A DNA stretch of 64,000 bases from an uncultured Gemmatimonadales bacterium (lineage in GTDB: Bacteria; Gemmatimonadota; Gemmatimonadetes; Gemmatimonadales; GWC2-71-9): assembly GCA_963779755.1 (NCBI GenBank), contig CAVZZO010000003.1, forward strand, positions 480,001 to 544,000, given 5' to 3'. The notes beneath the pieces are model-generated. The model did no database searches. It was not told the origin of the DNA and saw only the letters and a program-made list of their open reading frames with translations. The translations under genes and the position numbers were made by a program. Below, piece after piece: positions 1 to 10,720 of this stretch (the stretch's first letter is position 1; every line of letters starts with the position of its first letter).

Positions 1-409
1 GCTCCCGGCCGCGCCGGCCCTGGTGGTCGTCCCCCCGGTCGCCGTCTCCACGGCGGAGGCGTATCGCTGGGTAGACGAGGCCAGGCTGGCGGAGGGGCAC
101 CGCGGGGCGCTGGCACTCGACCTGGACGACCTGACCTCCTGGGGCAGCATCGGCCGGATGGCGGGTAACACGTTCGAATCCGCCGTGTTCGGCCGGCACC
201 CCGAGCTGCGCCAGGCCTACGAGGCCCTGGCCGCGACCCGGCCGCTGGTCTGCCGGTTGTCGGGCAGCGGCTCGTCGCTGTTTGCGGTCTATCGCTCCGA
301 GGGCGACCGGGAGGAGGCGCGGATGATGCTGGGACGGAAGCATGGAGCCGTCCTCAGCGTCCGCACCATGTCCGGTCCGCCGGCCGGCCCGGAAGAGCGT
401 GAGGCGTAA
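1..409 (+). CDS. ispE: 4-diphosphocytidyl-2-C-methyl-D-erythritol kinase, C-terminal part (5' truncated by window)
   Basis: PPVAVSTAEAY, N-x-FE and LSGSGSSLF GHMP C-terminal motifs; conserved ispE-tRNA(Gln)-prs order. Confidence 0.85.
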   Translation, partial: LPAAPALVVVPPVAVSTAEAYRWVDEARLAEGHRGALALDLDDLTSWGSIGRMAGNTFESAVFGRHPELRQAYEALAATRPLVCRLSGSGSSLFAVYRSEGDREEARMMLGRKHGAVLSVRTMSGPPAGPEEREA

Positions 410-493
410 GGCGTGAGGCGGGAAGCGCAGGGGAAACGGGAAAGGGGAATCGGGAAAGGTCCTGTTCCCCTTTTCCCTTTTCCCGCTTCCCGC
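397..493. repeat. Inverted heptamer tandem array
   Basis: GCGTGAG/GCGTAAG/GGAAAGG units (397-459) face TTTCCCT/CTTCCCG units (465-493); overlaps the ispE stop. Confidence 0.75.
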
Positions 494-517
494 AATTCTG
501 TACCTTCCCTGCAGCTC

Positions 518-588
518 TGGCCCTTCGTCCAATGGCAGGACATCAGACTTTGGATCTGAGAATGGTGGTTCGAATCCACCAGGGCCAA
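518..588 (+). tRNA. tRNA-Gln(TTG), CCA not encoded
   Basis: Acceptor stem TGGCCCT/AGGGCCA, anticodon arm TCAGA-CTTTGGA-TCTGA, T-arm GGTGG-TTCGAAT-CCACC. Confidence 0.95.
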
Positions 589-670
589 TGAGGACGGCAG
601 GGCATCGCTGGGGGCAATCTGGCCCCTCCTCAGCCTGCCGTCTTGCCGCCTTGCCGTCGTGCCGTCGTGC

Positions 671-700
671 TTGACCTAACCCCAAGCAACCAGCTACTTT
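671..700 (+). promoter_or_regulatory. Putative sigma70 promoter of prs
   Basis: TTGACC-18 bp-TACTTT just upstream of the prs ATG. Confidence 0.5.
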
Positions 701-713
701 CTCGGGCTGTCTT

Positions 714-1667
714 ATGGCCGATCTGTCGATGTCGCGCAGCCAGATGCTCCTCCTCGCCGGGTCGGGGAATCCCGCCTTGGCCGAAGAGCTCGCCGGGTAC
801 CTGGAACAGCCGCTCTGCCGGGTGACCAACCGGCGGTTTGCGGATGGCGAAATATTCGTCAAGATCGACGAAAACGTCCGGGGGCGGGATGTCTACATCA
901 TCCAGCCCACCAATCCGCCGGCCGAGAACCTGCTCGAGCTGCTGCTCCTCATGGATGCGGCCAAGCGGGCCAGCGCGGCGCGGATCACGGCGGTCATCCC
1001 CTACTTCGGGTATGCCCGCCAGGACCGGAAAGACCAGCCGCGGGTGGCCATCAGCGCCAAGCTCATGGCCAACATGGTTTCCACCGCGGGAGCGGACCGG
1101 GTGCTGGGAATGGATTTCCACCAGCACCAGATGCAGGGGTTCTTCGACCTGCCGGTAGATCACCTCTACGCGGCGCCGGTGCTGGTGAACCATTTCCGGC
1201 AGATCGCGCTGAAGGACCCGGTGGTGGTGGCGCCCGACGTGGGGTCGGCCAAGATGGCACGGGGCTTCGCCAAGCGGCTCAACGCCTCGCTGGCCATCAT
1301 CGACAAGCGGCGTCCCTCGGCCAACATCGCCGAGGTCGTGAATGTGGTCGGCGAGGTGCGGGGGCGCGATTGCGTCATCCCGGACGACATGGTCGATACC
1401 GCCGGCACCATGACGGAAGCGGTCCACGCGCTCAAGCGGCTGGGCGCCAACGATATTTACTGCTGCGCCACCCACGCCCTGCTCTCGGGGCCCGCGGTGG
1501 AGCGGCTGCAGGCCAGTCCGGTGAAGGAAGTGGTGGTGACCAACACCATCGCCATTCCGCCGGAGCGCCGGTTCGACCGGCTCAAGGTGCTGTCCATCGC
1601 CGGGCTGCTGGCCAAGGCGATCGGCTATACCCACAGCGACCAGTCAGTCAGCTCGCTGTTCGACTGA
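714..1667 (+). CDS. prs: Ribose-phosphate pyrophosphokinase
   Basis: FADGE, PYFGYARQDRK, DDMVDTAGT motifs. Confidence 0.97.
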   Translation: MADLSMSRSQMLLLAGSGNPALAEELAGYLEQPLCRVTNRRFADGEIFVKIDENVRGRDVYIIQPTNPPAENLLELLLLMDAAKRASAARITAVIPYFGYARQDRKDQPRVAISAKLMANMVSTAGADRVLGMDFHQHQMQGFFDLPVDHLYAAPVLVNHFRQIALKDPVVVAPDVGSAKMARGFAKRLNASLAIIDKRRPSANIAEVVNVVGEVRGRDCVIPDDMVDTAGTMTEAVHALKRLGANDIYCCATHALLSGPAVERLQASPVKEVVVTNTIAIPPERRFDRLKVLSIAGLLAKAIGYTHSDQSVSSLFD

Positions 1668-1687
1668 ACCAGGAAGGACACAGGACC

Positions 1688-2356
1688 ATGGCGGAATTGG
1701 CGACACTGCCGGCCGAGGCGCGGCAGGCGACGGGCAAGGGCGCGGCGCGCACGCTGCGCCGCGAAGGCAGGGTTCCCGCGGTGATCTACGGCCACGGGCG
1801 CGCGGCCGAGGCGCTGGCGATCGACGCCACCGCGCTGCAGAAGGTGCTGGGCAACGCCACCATGTCGACCGTCATCGACGTCTCGCTCGACGGCAAGGAG
1901 CCGGTCAAGGCGCTGATCCGCGAGATCCAGCGCAACCCGGTCCGCCCGGCCGAGATCCTGCATCTTGACCTCTACGAGGTGCGGAGCGATGAGACGGTCA
2001 CCGTCGAGGTGCCCGTGCACCTGATCGGCGTGCCCGACGGCGTGCGCAACGCCGGCGGCGTGCTGGATCACTCCCTGCGCGAACTGGAAATCGAGGTGCT
2101 GCCGGGCAACATTCCGGCCAGCATCGACATCGACGTCACCGCGCTGACCATCGGCCATTCCATCTTCGTGCGCGACGTGCAGCGGCCCGATATCGAGATC
2201 CTCAACGATCCCGACGTGCCCATCTGCTCCGTGGTGCCGCCGCGCACCGAGGAAGCCGCCGTCGTGACCGCCACCGAGGCGGTCGCCGAGGGTGAACCGG
2301 AGCTGATCCGGAAGCCCAAGCCCGAGGAGGAGGGCGAGGGCGAAGCCAAGGGCTGA
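1688..2356 (+). CDS. rplY: 50S ribosomal protein L25/Ctc
   Basis: GKGAARTLRREGRVPAVIYG; start taken as the ATG at 1688 after GGAAGGA, not the ORF-track start at 1370. Confidence 0.95.
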   Translation: MAELATLPAEARQATGKGAARTLRREGRVPAVIYGHGRAAEALAIDATALQKVLGNATMSTVIDVSLDGKEPVKALIREIQRNPVRPAEILHLDLYEVRSDETVTVEVPVHLIGVPDGVRNAGGVLDHSLRELEIEVLPGNIPASIDIDVTALTIGHSIFVRDVQRPDIEILNDPDVPICSVVPPRTEEAAVVTATEAVAEGEPELIRKPKPEEEGEGEAKG

Positions 2357-2359
2357 CCG

Positions 2360-2926
2360 CTGCGCGTCATCGTGGGCCTGGGAAACCCGGGCCCGGAGTA
2401 CGCGGCGACCCGGCATAATGCCGGGTTCCGGCTGGCCGACTTCCTGGCGGCGCGCTGGTCCCTTCCCCCCTTCCGGCGGGAGGGGCCGGCCCGGCTCACC
2501 GAGGGCCACTGGCAGGACCGGCCGGTCCGGCTGATCAAACCCCTGACCTACATGAACCGGAGCGGGGCGGCGCTTGCCCCGCTCCGGCTGCTTCCGGACT
2601 TCGATCCGGCAAACGACCTGCTCATCCTGGTGGATGATGTGGCGCTGCCCGTGGGACGCTTCCGCCTGCGGGGGTTCGGTTCGGCGGGCGGCCATAACGG
2701 CCTCAAGAGCATCGAGGGCGCGCTGCGGAGCCAGGATTATGCCCGCCTGCGGATTGGCGTGGGGCCGGTCCCCGAAGGGCTGGATGACCTGGCGGATTAT
2801 GTGCTGGACCAGTCGGACCCGGACGAGTGGGCCGCCCTGGAGGCGCTCCAGCCCCCGATGGCCGAGGCGGTGGAGTGCTGGATGGCCGAGGGAATCGAAC
2901 CCGCCATGAATCGGTATAACCGCTGA
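2360..2926 (+). CDS. pth: Peptidyl-tRNA hydrolase (probable CTG start)
   Basis: (L)[36 protein letters not shown]. Confidence 0.95.
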   Translation: MRVIVGLGNPGPEYAATRHNAGFRLADFLAARWSLPPFRREGPARLTEGHWQDRPVRLIKPLTYMNRSGAALAPLRLLPDFDPANDLLILVDDVALPVGRFRLRGFGSAGGHNGLKSIEGALRSQDYARLRIGVGPVPEGLDDLADYVLDQSDPDEWAALEALQPPMAEAVECWMAEGIEPAMNRYNR

Positions 2927-2936
2927 CGGAGGAGTC

Positions 2937-4985
<2,049 letters not shown>

Positions 4986-4988
<3 letters not shown>

Positions 4989-5037
4989 TCGTTAGCAGCC
5001 GTTGGTCGTTGGTCGTTAGTCATTGGTCGTTGGTCGT
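4986..5037. repeat. Heptamer array T(A/G)GTCGT, left arm
   Basis: TAGTCGT, TAGCAGCCGT, TGGTCGT x2, TAGTCAT, TGGTCGT x2; begins at the hppA TAG. Confidence 0.9.
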
Positions 5038-5435
5038 TCTTCCTTGCTCGGTCTTTCTTTGGCCTTGGGACTCGCTCTGCGACTTCGACTCACGTGTGAA
5101 ATGAGCCCGCTCAGCATGCGGGCAATCGCCTGCACATCAGCATCCAGAAGCCTCCAGTCTGATCCGGCGAGAAACCCCAGATCGTGTGCGATGATCAACT
5201 GGCATTCGATCTCCGTTGTGGACCCCCGGGCAATTCGTAAGAACCGCTGGAGATCTCCATCTGTGCCCCGCCCGCATCCTTCCGCGACGTTTGAGAGCAG
5301 CGAGATGGATGCGCGTCGCAGCTGGCTCGAGAGCCCAAACCGTTCGTCTTCAGGGAACCGGCTGGAGACTTGGTAGATCACCTTCACCAACCGGCGGCCC
5401 CGGCGCCAGACCTCCAACTCTTTGAAATTGGCCAT
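5016..5435 (-). CDS. Four-helix bundle protein (23S rRNA IVS protein-like)
   Basis: FKELEVW, FPEDERFGLSSQLRRASIS, NVAEGCGR, RFLRIARGSTTE; TATCAT 5 nt before the ATG. Confidence 0.92.
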   Translation of the reverse strand: MANFKELEVWRRGRRLVKVIYQVSSRFPEDERFGLSSQLRRASISLLSNVAEGCGRGTDGDLQRFLRIARGSTTEIECQLIIAHDLGFLAGSDWRLLDADVQAIARMLSGLISHVSRSRRASPKAKERPSKEERPTTND

Positions 5436-5502
5436 GTGATATGATACGGACGCTCTCGACTTGTCCCGTACCATTTTCACGCAATCATGACCATTTTCAC
5501 CC

Positions 5503-5583
5503 ACTAACGACTAACGACTAACGACTAACGACTAGCGACTAGCGACTAGCGACTCACGACTAGCGACTAGCGACCAGCGACCA
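5503..5583. repeat. Heptamer array ACTA(A/G)CG x11, right arm
   Basis: 11 tandem units plus a partial unit; reverse complement of the 4986-5037 array. Confidence 0.95.
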
Positions 5584-5604
5584 CCCAAACAGAGCTCCCA
5601 GCCC

Positions 5605-6702
5605 GTGCTCAGATTAGGCATTGTCGGTCTGCCCAATGTCGGTAAATCCACCCTCTTCAACGCCCTCACCCAGGCGGGGGCGCTGGTGGCCAACTACCCC
5701 TTTGCCACCATCGAGCCCAATACCGGCGTGGTGCAGGTGCCCGATCCCCGGCTGGATGCGCTGACCTCGATCGTGCATCCCCAGCGCACCGTCCCCGCCA
5801 CGGTCGAGTTCGTGGATATCGCGGGGCTGGTGAAGGGGGCGAGCCAGGGGGAAGGGCTGGGCAATCAGTTCCTCGCGAATATCCGCGAGGTGGACGCCAT
5901 CGTCCACGTGGTCCGCTGCTTCGAGGATCCCGATGTGCAGCATGTGATGAGCGAGGTCGACCCGGTGCGCGACCGCGAGATCGTCAACCTCGAGCTGGGC
6001 CTGGCCGACCTGGCCACGGTGGAGAAACGGCTGGATAAGAGCCAGCGCACCGCCAAGTCGGGCGACCCGCAGGCCAAGGTCGAAGCCCGGCTGCTGGAGA
6101 GGCTGCAGGAGGCGCTCTCGGCCGGCCGGCCGGCCCGCGCCGTCGAACCCTCCGACGAGGAGCGGCCGGTCTATCGCTCCTTCAACCTGCTCACCAGCAA
6201 GCCGGTGCTCTACGCCGCCAATGTGGCGGAGCAGGATGTGACGCAGGGCAACGAGCACGTCCGGGCGCTCGAAGCGGCCATCACGAAGGACAAGGAGCCG
6301 GCCGAAGTCGTCACCTTCAGTGCGAAGGTCGAAGCCGAGTTGGCCGAGTTGCCGCCGGAAGACCGGAATGACTTCCTGGAATCGCTGGGGCTGCACGAGT
6401 CCGGCCTCGACCGGCTGGCCCACGCCGCCTATCACCTCCTCGGCCTGCGCAGCTACTTCACCGCCGGCGAGAAGGAAGTCCGCGCCTGGACCATCCATGC
6501 CGGCGACAAGGCCCCCGCCGCCGCCGGCGTCATCCACAGCGATTTCGAAAAGGGATTCATCCGCGCGGAAACGGTGAGCTACGACGATTTCGTGGCCAGC
6601 GACGGGTGGAAAGGCGCCCGGGAACAGGGCCTGGTGCGGTCGGAGGGGAAAGAGTATGTGGTGCAGGACGGGGATGTGATGCTTTTTCGCTTCAATGTGT
6701 GA
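5605..6702 (+). CDS. ychF: Redox-regulated ATPase YchF (Obg family)
   Basis: GIVGLPNVGKSTLFNA, NYPFATIEPN, DIAGLVKGAS, EGKEYVVQDGD. Confidence 0.97.
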   Translation: MLRLGIVGLPNVGKSTLFNALTQAGALVANYPFATIEPNTGVVQVPDPRLDALTSIVHPQRTVPATVEFVDIAGLVKGASQGEGLGNQFLANIREVDAIVHVVRCFEDPDVQHVMSEVDPVRDREIVNLELGLADLATVEKRLDKSQRTAKSGDPQAKVEARLLERLQEALSAGRPARAVEPSDEERPVYRSFNLLTSKPVLYAANVAEQDVTQGNEHVRALEAAITKDKEPAEVVTFSAKVEAELAELPPEDRNDFLESLGLHESGLDRLAHAAYHLLGLRSYFTAGEKEVRAWTIHAGDKAPAAAGVIHSDFEKGFIRAETVSYDDFVASDGWKGAREQGLVRSEGKEYVVQDGDVMLFRFNV

Positions 6703-6710
6703 GGTTTGTT

Positions 6711-6790
6711 CCTCGACCCCCTTGACCCTCTCGACCATCTCGACCGCTCAAAGGGGTCGAGGGGGTCGAGAGGGTCGAGGAGGTCAAGGA
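6711..6790. repeat. Inverted 9-mer array (CTCGACCnn)4/(nnGGTCGAG)4
   Basis: Read directly; same family at 46641-46718 and 52819-52896. Confidence 0.9.
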
Positions 6791-7153
6791 AGGCTCCGAT
6801 TCCCCTTCGAGCCCGCACCACCGACTCCGCCGCCCGAGCGCAGTTCCTGAAGCTGGCCGCCTGGCTGGTTCCGGCGGTGGGGTTCATGCTGGCGCTGGTG
6901 GCGTGGAAACTCTTCTCCAGCGGTACCATCGAGCCGGCCGTCTTCTTCATCTTCCTCCTGCTGGACGTCGCTAGTCAGAGGCCACCTCCCCAGAAGCAGG
7001 GTCGCGAGCCCGATGCCGAGACCTCCCGGAGCGCGCGTATGTGCCCAGGGAGAGGACTCGTACTGTCTCCGTGGCGCACTTCAGCGCGCGGAGGGAGGCT
7101 CGGCGAGGGCTCGCGAAAGACGACTGGAATTGTCGGCGGTTTGTATCGACCTC

Positions 7154-7182
7154 TTGCCCTCGCCCTCGGCGGGCGGGATACT
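7154..7182 (+). promoter_or_regulatory. Putative leaderless promoter
   Basis: TTGCCC-17 bp-GATACT, 6 nt before the ATG at 7189. Confidence 0.45.
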
Positions 7183-7188
7183 CATCCC

Positions 7189-9498
7189 ATGCGCCGGCTC
7201 GCGTTGTTTCTCCTCGTGTTGGCGGGTTCGGTCACCGCTCCCCGCGACGCCGTTTCCCAGTCGCCGGAGGTCCGGGCCTCGCTCGAGCGGCTTTGGCGGG
7301 CGAGGCATGTTTCTTCCACCTCCCTGAGCCCCCTCAGGGATTCGCTCTTCCGTCCCTCGAGCAATGCCTCCAGGCTGGCGGGCCTCTTCCTGCACCAGCA
7401 CGCGGCCGCAGCGGACGGCAATGCGGATGCGCTCTTCTCCACCGAGCGCGACCTGGGACGCTTCGCCCAGGAGCATCGGGACTGGCCCTGGGCCTGGACC
7501 ATGCTGGCCGAGGCGCGAGTTCAGCTCACCCAAACGGCCCGGATCAGCAAGGCCGGCCCGTTGCAGCCCGAGGGCGCGACCTGGGCCGAGGGCGCCGCCG
7601 CCGCCGCGGACCGGGCTCTCGAGCTGGACTCGCTCTTCACCCCGGCGGCGGAGGTGTTGCTGCAGCTCCTGCATACACCCGGGTTCGCCGTGGACTCCAC
7701 CGCCGTCCTCTCCCTGGTCACCCGCATGACCGATGGCCCGGGGCAGGTTCCCTCGTCCCTGCTGATTGGACGCTTCGAACTGGAAGCCGCCAACGGCATC
7801 GGCCCGGCGGCAGAGAACACCTTCCGCCGGATCCAGTCCCAGCGGGGGGACAGTGCCTCCCGGGCGGCCGCCGCCGCCGCGGCGCTCGCCAACGCTCGGA
7901 AGAACCTGGTGGCCGACAGCCTCGAGCTGGCCGGAACCCTGCTGGCCGGCTATCTGGAGGCCGGCGGCGACACGGCAGTCTATGACTTCGAGGCCGCCGC
8001 CCTCTGCTTCGCCCGGGCGCTGGCCGATTCAGCGAGCCGGCTCTATTACCAGGGCGCAGGCCGCCTCGCCAGAGACAGTATGGCCCGCTCCCTGTACCGC
8101 AATGACATCCACCTGATTGGGGACTCGGCCGAGCTTGCAGCCTTCGATCTCCTCCCCCCCGATTCTCTGCGCGGCTGGCTGGAGTATTTCTGGAGCGCGC
8201 GCGACGCGCGCAGCGGCCATCCCATCGGCGCCCGGCTGGCGGAACACCGCCGGCGCGTGCTGTACGCCCGGCGCAACTATTCCCGGCCCGCCGGGGTGAA
8301 GGTTCGGAGCTGGCTCTGGAACACCCGGCCGGAGCAGCTGGAGCGAGAGACGCGTCCGGCCAGCCTGCCGGAGCAGGAAACCACGGCGGCATCGCTGCTG
8401 GACGCATTCACCCGGGTCGGGACCGCCGGGGAGCACCCGAGTGGCGTCTTCGATGACCGGGGCCTGACATATATCCGCCATGGCCCGCCCGATCGTACAG
8501 CCCGGTACGCGGGACTGGCATACCTCTACAGCGAATCCTGGCTGTATCGCCGGCCGGTCGCGCCGCTGGTGCTGCACTTCGTCACTCCGAGCCGGAATCC
8601 TCCCGATTTCCGGCTGGTGGAGTATCCGGCTGGTGACCTGATGGATGCCTGCCAGCTGGACGCCTGGTATTGCAGCCTGGCCGGCAAGCAGAGTATCGGG
8701 GCCATGACGGAACGGGACCAGTTCCGTCTGCGGGAACGGGAACAGGAGCGCATCCGGCGCGACACCACGACCGACGACTTTCCGCTCCCCCTGGCGAAGA
8801 ACCTCAAGGCCGCGTATCGGGTGTACCGGCTCCCGCCGGCGCGCGGCACGGGCACGCTGCTCCTCATCGCCGCCTCGGCCGATCCCAAGGTTCCGGATTC
8901 CCGCCCGATTCATCTGGCCTACCGGGTCTCGGCGGTGTATCCGGCAGTCCGGCACATCATTCAGCTGGATACCGCCCTCACCATCCCGCCGGGAAAGCAC
9001 CGGGCCAGCACCACCCTGCTGGCCTACCACTTCCCGGCGGGGCACGTGCAACTCACGGTGGCGGTGATAGACAGCGCCGCCGGCAGCTCGGCCCTGGGGG
9101 TGGAGGACAGTCTCGATCTACCCGACTTCTCCGGCTCGGCGCCGGTGCTGAGCGATCTGCTGGTCGGTCTCCCGGACAGCCGGGTCCGCTGGCAGGACGG
9201 CGGCGCAGCCTTCCCGCTCTCGCCGGGCCAGACCTTCCGGGAGGGCGCCACGGTGACGGTGGCCTATGCCGTCCGCGGCTTCAGCGGCGACGTGCGAACC
9301 ACCATCGAGATTCGCCGGGGCGACAAGGCACGAACCAGCGTGTCCTTCACCGAGCCGCTCGACCCGAAAGAGCTCCTGGTTCAGCGCCGCATCGGGCTCG
9401 GCAAGCTGGGCTGGGGGAATTACACGTTGCGGGTGACCCTGACGGAGCTGGCGACGGGACGGGAGCTGAGTCGGGAGACGGAGATTGTGGTGAAGTAG
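7189..9498 (+). CDS. Secreted GWxTD-domain-like protein with helical/TPR-like N-terminus
   Basis: Signal peptide MRRLALFLLVLAG; WLEYFWSARD, EHRRRVLYARRNY, FDDRGLTYIRHGPPD, ESWLY, and a C-terminal LSDLL beta-sandwich. Confidence 0.7.
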   Translation: MRRLALFLLVLAGSVTAPRDAVSQSPEVRASLERLWRARHVSSTSLSPLRDSLFRPSSNASRLAGLFLHQHAAAADGNADALFSTERDLGRFAQEHRDWPWAWTMLAEARVQLTQTARISKAGPLQPEGATWAEGAAAAADRALELDSLFTPAAEVLLQLLHTPGFAVDSTAVLSLVTRMTDGPGQVPSSLLIGRFELEAANGIGPAAENTFRRIQSQRGDSASRAAAAAAALANARKNLVADSLELAGTLLAGYLEAGGDTAVYDFEAAALCFARALADSASRLYYQGAGRLARDSMARSLYRNDIHLIGDSAELAAFDLLPPDSLRGWLEYFWSARDARSGHPIGARLAEHRRRVLYARRNYSRPAGVKVRSWLWNTRPEQLERETRPASLPEQETTAASLLDAFTRVGTAGEHPSGVFDDRGLTYIRHGPPDRTARYAGLAYLYSESWLYRRPVAPLVLHFVTPSRNPPDFRLVEYPAGDLMDACQLDAWYCSLAGKQSIGAMTERDQFRLREREQERIRRDTTTDDFPLPLAKNLKAAYRVYRLPPARGTGTLLLIAASADPKVPDSRPIHLAYRVSAVYPAVRHIIQLDTALTIPPGKHRASTTLLAYHFPAGHVQLTVAVIDSAAGSSALGVEDSLDLPDFSGSAPVLSDLLVGLPDSRVRWQDGGAAFPLSPGQTFREGATVTVAYAVRGFSGDVRTTIEIRRGDKARTSVSFTEPLDPKELLVQRRIGLGKLGWGNYTLRVTLTELATGRELSRETEIVVK

Positions 9499-9501
9499 TC
9501 G

Positions 9502-10645
9502 CTAGTGTTGCGTCTCAGAAATCATGTTAACGTCGCAGGGCTTTCTTGATGATCTCTGCGGGCGTCTTCGTCCAGATGAAGGGCCGAGGATCGGCATTCC
9601 AAGGGGCCAGGTAATGCTCAATGTGTCGAACCAGTGCGCGGACGGAGCGGAACGAGGCGCGGCGCCCGGACTGGCGCGTCAGGACGCCGAACCACGCTTC
9701 GATGAGATTGAGCCAGGACGCGCCCGTCGGGGTGAAATGAAAGTGCACGCGCGGGTGGACGGCGAGCCAGGCTTTGATGGCCGGCGTCGAGTGCGTCGAC
9801 GAATTATCGAGGATCACATGCAAGGGCTGCCGGGGGTAGGTCCGCGCCAGCTGCTTGAGGAAGCGGAGGAAGTCCGCGGCCGTGTGGCGCGGGGAGCACG
9901 TGCCGGGAACGCGACCCGAGCCGACTTCGAGCGCGGCGTAGAGGCTGGTGAGGCCATGGCGGCGATAGTCGTGAGTCTGGCGGGCCGGCAGGTGCGGGCG
10001 CAGCGGCAAGAGCGGCTGCGTCCGCTCGAGCGCCTGGATCTGCGTCTTCTCATCCACACTCAGCACGACGGCATTGGTGGGCGGGGCGAGATAGAGTCCG
10101 ACCACGTCCTGGATCTTGGCTTCGGCGGCCGGGTCGGTCGTGAACTTGAACGTCTCCTGGCGATGGGGCTGGAGCGCGTGGCCGCGCCAGAGGCGTTGCA
10201 CGGTGCTCGGGGAGACGCCCACTCGCTTGGCCAATTCCCGGGTACTCCATTGGGAGAGCCCCGGGGGCGGCGCCTGGAGGGTGAGCGCCAAGATCCGGGC
10301 CCGTTTGGCCTCGCTCACCGTTGCGGGGCGGCCGGCGCGGGGGCGCTCGCCCAAGCCCAGCACCCCTTCGGCGGCGTAGCGGGCGCGCACGCGACTGATC
10401 TGGACCGGGGTATAGCCGGTGCGCTCGGCGATGGTGGTCCCCGGCAAGCCCTCGGCCATCAGCAACACCGCCCGGGCGCGGCGACTCAGCCCCGCCGGCG
10501 TGGTCGACGCCCGCACCAATCCTTCCAGCAGTTCACGATCGTCGGCGGTCACGGCGATAGGGCGCGAGTGATTGGCCATGCGGTTCCTCCCGGGCGCATT
10601 CCCGAGAGGCAATATATTATCATGACTTCTGACGCGCTACACTAG
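9502..10645. mobile_element. IS630-family insertion sequence
   Basis: 28-bp imperfect terminal inverted repeats, CTAGTGTTGCGTCTCAGAAATCATGTTA versus reverse complement CTAGTGTAGCGCGTCAGAAGTCATGATA; CTAG (TA target) at both ends. Confidence 0.92.
9527..10579 (-). CDS. IS630 transposase
   Basis: N-terminal HTH (RRARAVLL, WSTRELA); DDE triad in SVDEKT, ILDNSS, WLNLIE. Confidence 0.95.
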   Translation of the reverse strand: MANHSRPIAVTADDRELLEGLVRASTTPAGLSRRARAVLLMAEGLPGTTIAERTGYTPVQISRVRARYAAEGVLGLGERPRAGRPATVSEAKRARILALTLQAPPPGLSQWSTRELAKRVGVSPSTVQRLWRGHALQPHRQETFKFTTDPAAEAKIQDVVGLYLAPPTNAVVLSVDEKTQIQALERTQPLLPLRPHLPARQTHDYRRHGLTSLYAALEVGSGRVPGTCSPRHTAADFLRFLKQLARTYPRQPLHVILDNSSTHSTPAIKAWLAVHPRVHFHFTPTGASWLNLIEAWFGVLTRQSGRRASFRSVRALVRHIEHYLAPWNADPRPFIWTKTPAEIIKKALRR

Positions 10646-10720
10646 TTGCTAGTCGGAAGCTAGCTCGGCGCGAGGGCCGGGTGTGCGCAGGCACAACCGC
10701 ACCGGAGGGTGGCGTGTGGT

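Noticed and set aside
518..588. tRNA-Gln as an integration site
   Set aside because: No duplicated 3' end or integrase seen in the window
5016..5435. Diversity-generating retroelement (Avd-like fold)
   Set aside because: No reverse transcriptase and no TR/VR pair differing at adenines seen in the window
5503..5583. CRISPR interpretation of the tandem arrays (also 10721 and 51540)
   Set aside because: Units are 7-9 bp with no unique spacers, and no cas genes are present
6706..7188. 930-aa version of the GWxTD-like ORF
   Set aside because: The extension translates the 9-mer array (LDPLDP/SRGSRG); a signal peptide and promoter mark 7189 as the start
9524..10645. 373-aa plus-strand ORF spanning the IS
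   Set aside because: Antisense shadow of the transposase; no recognisable domain
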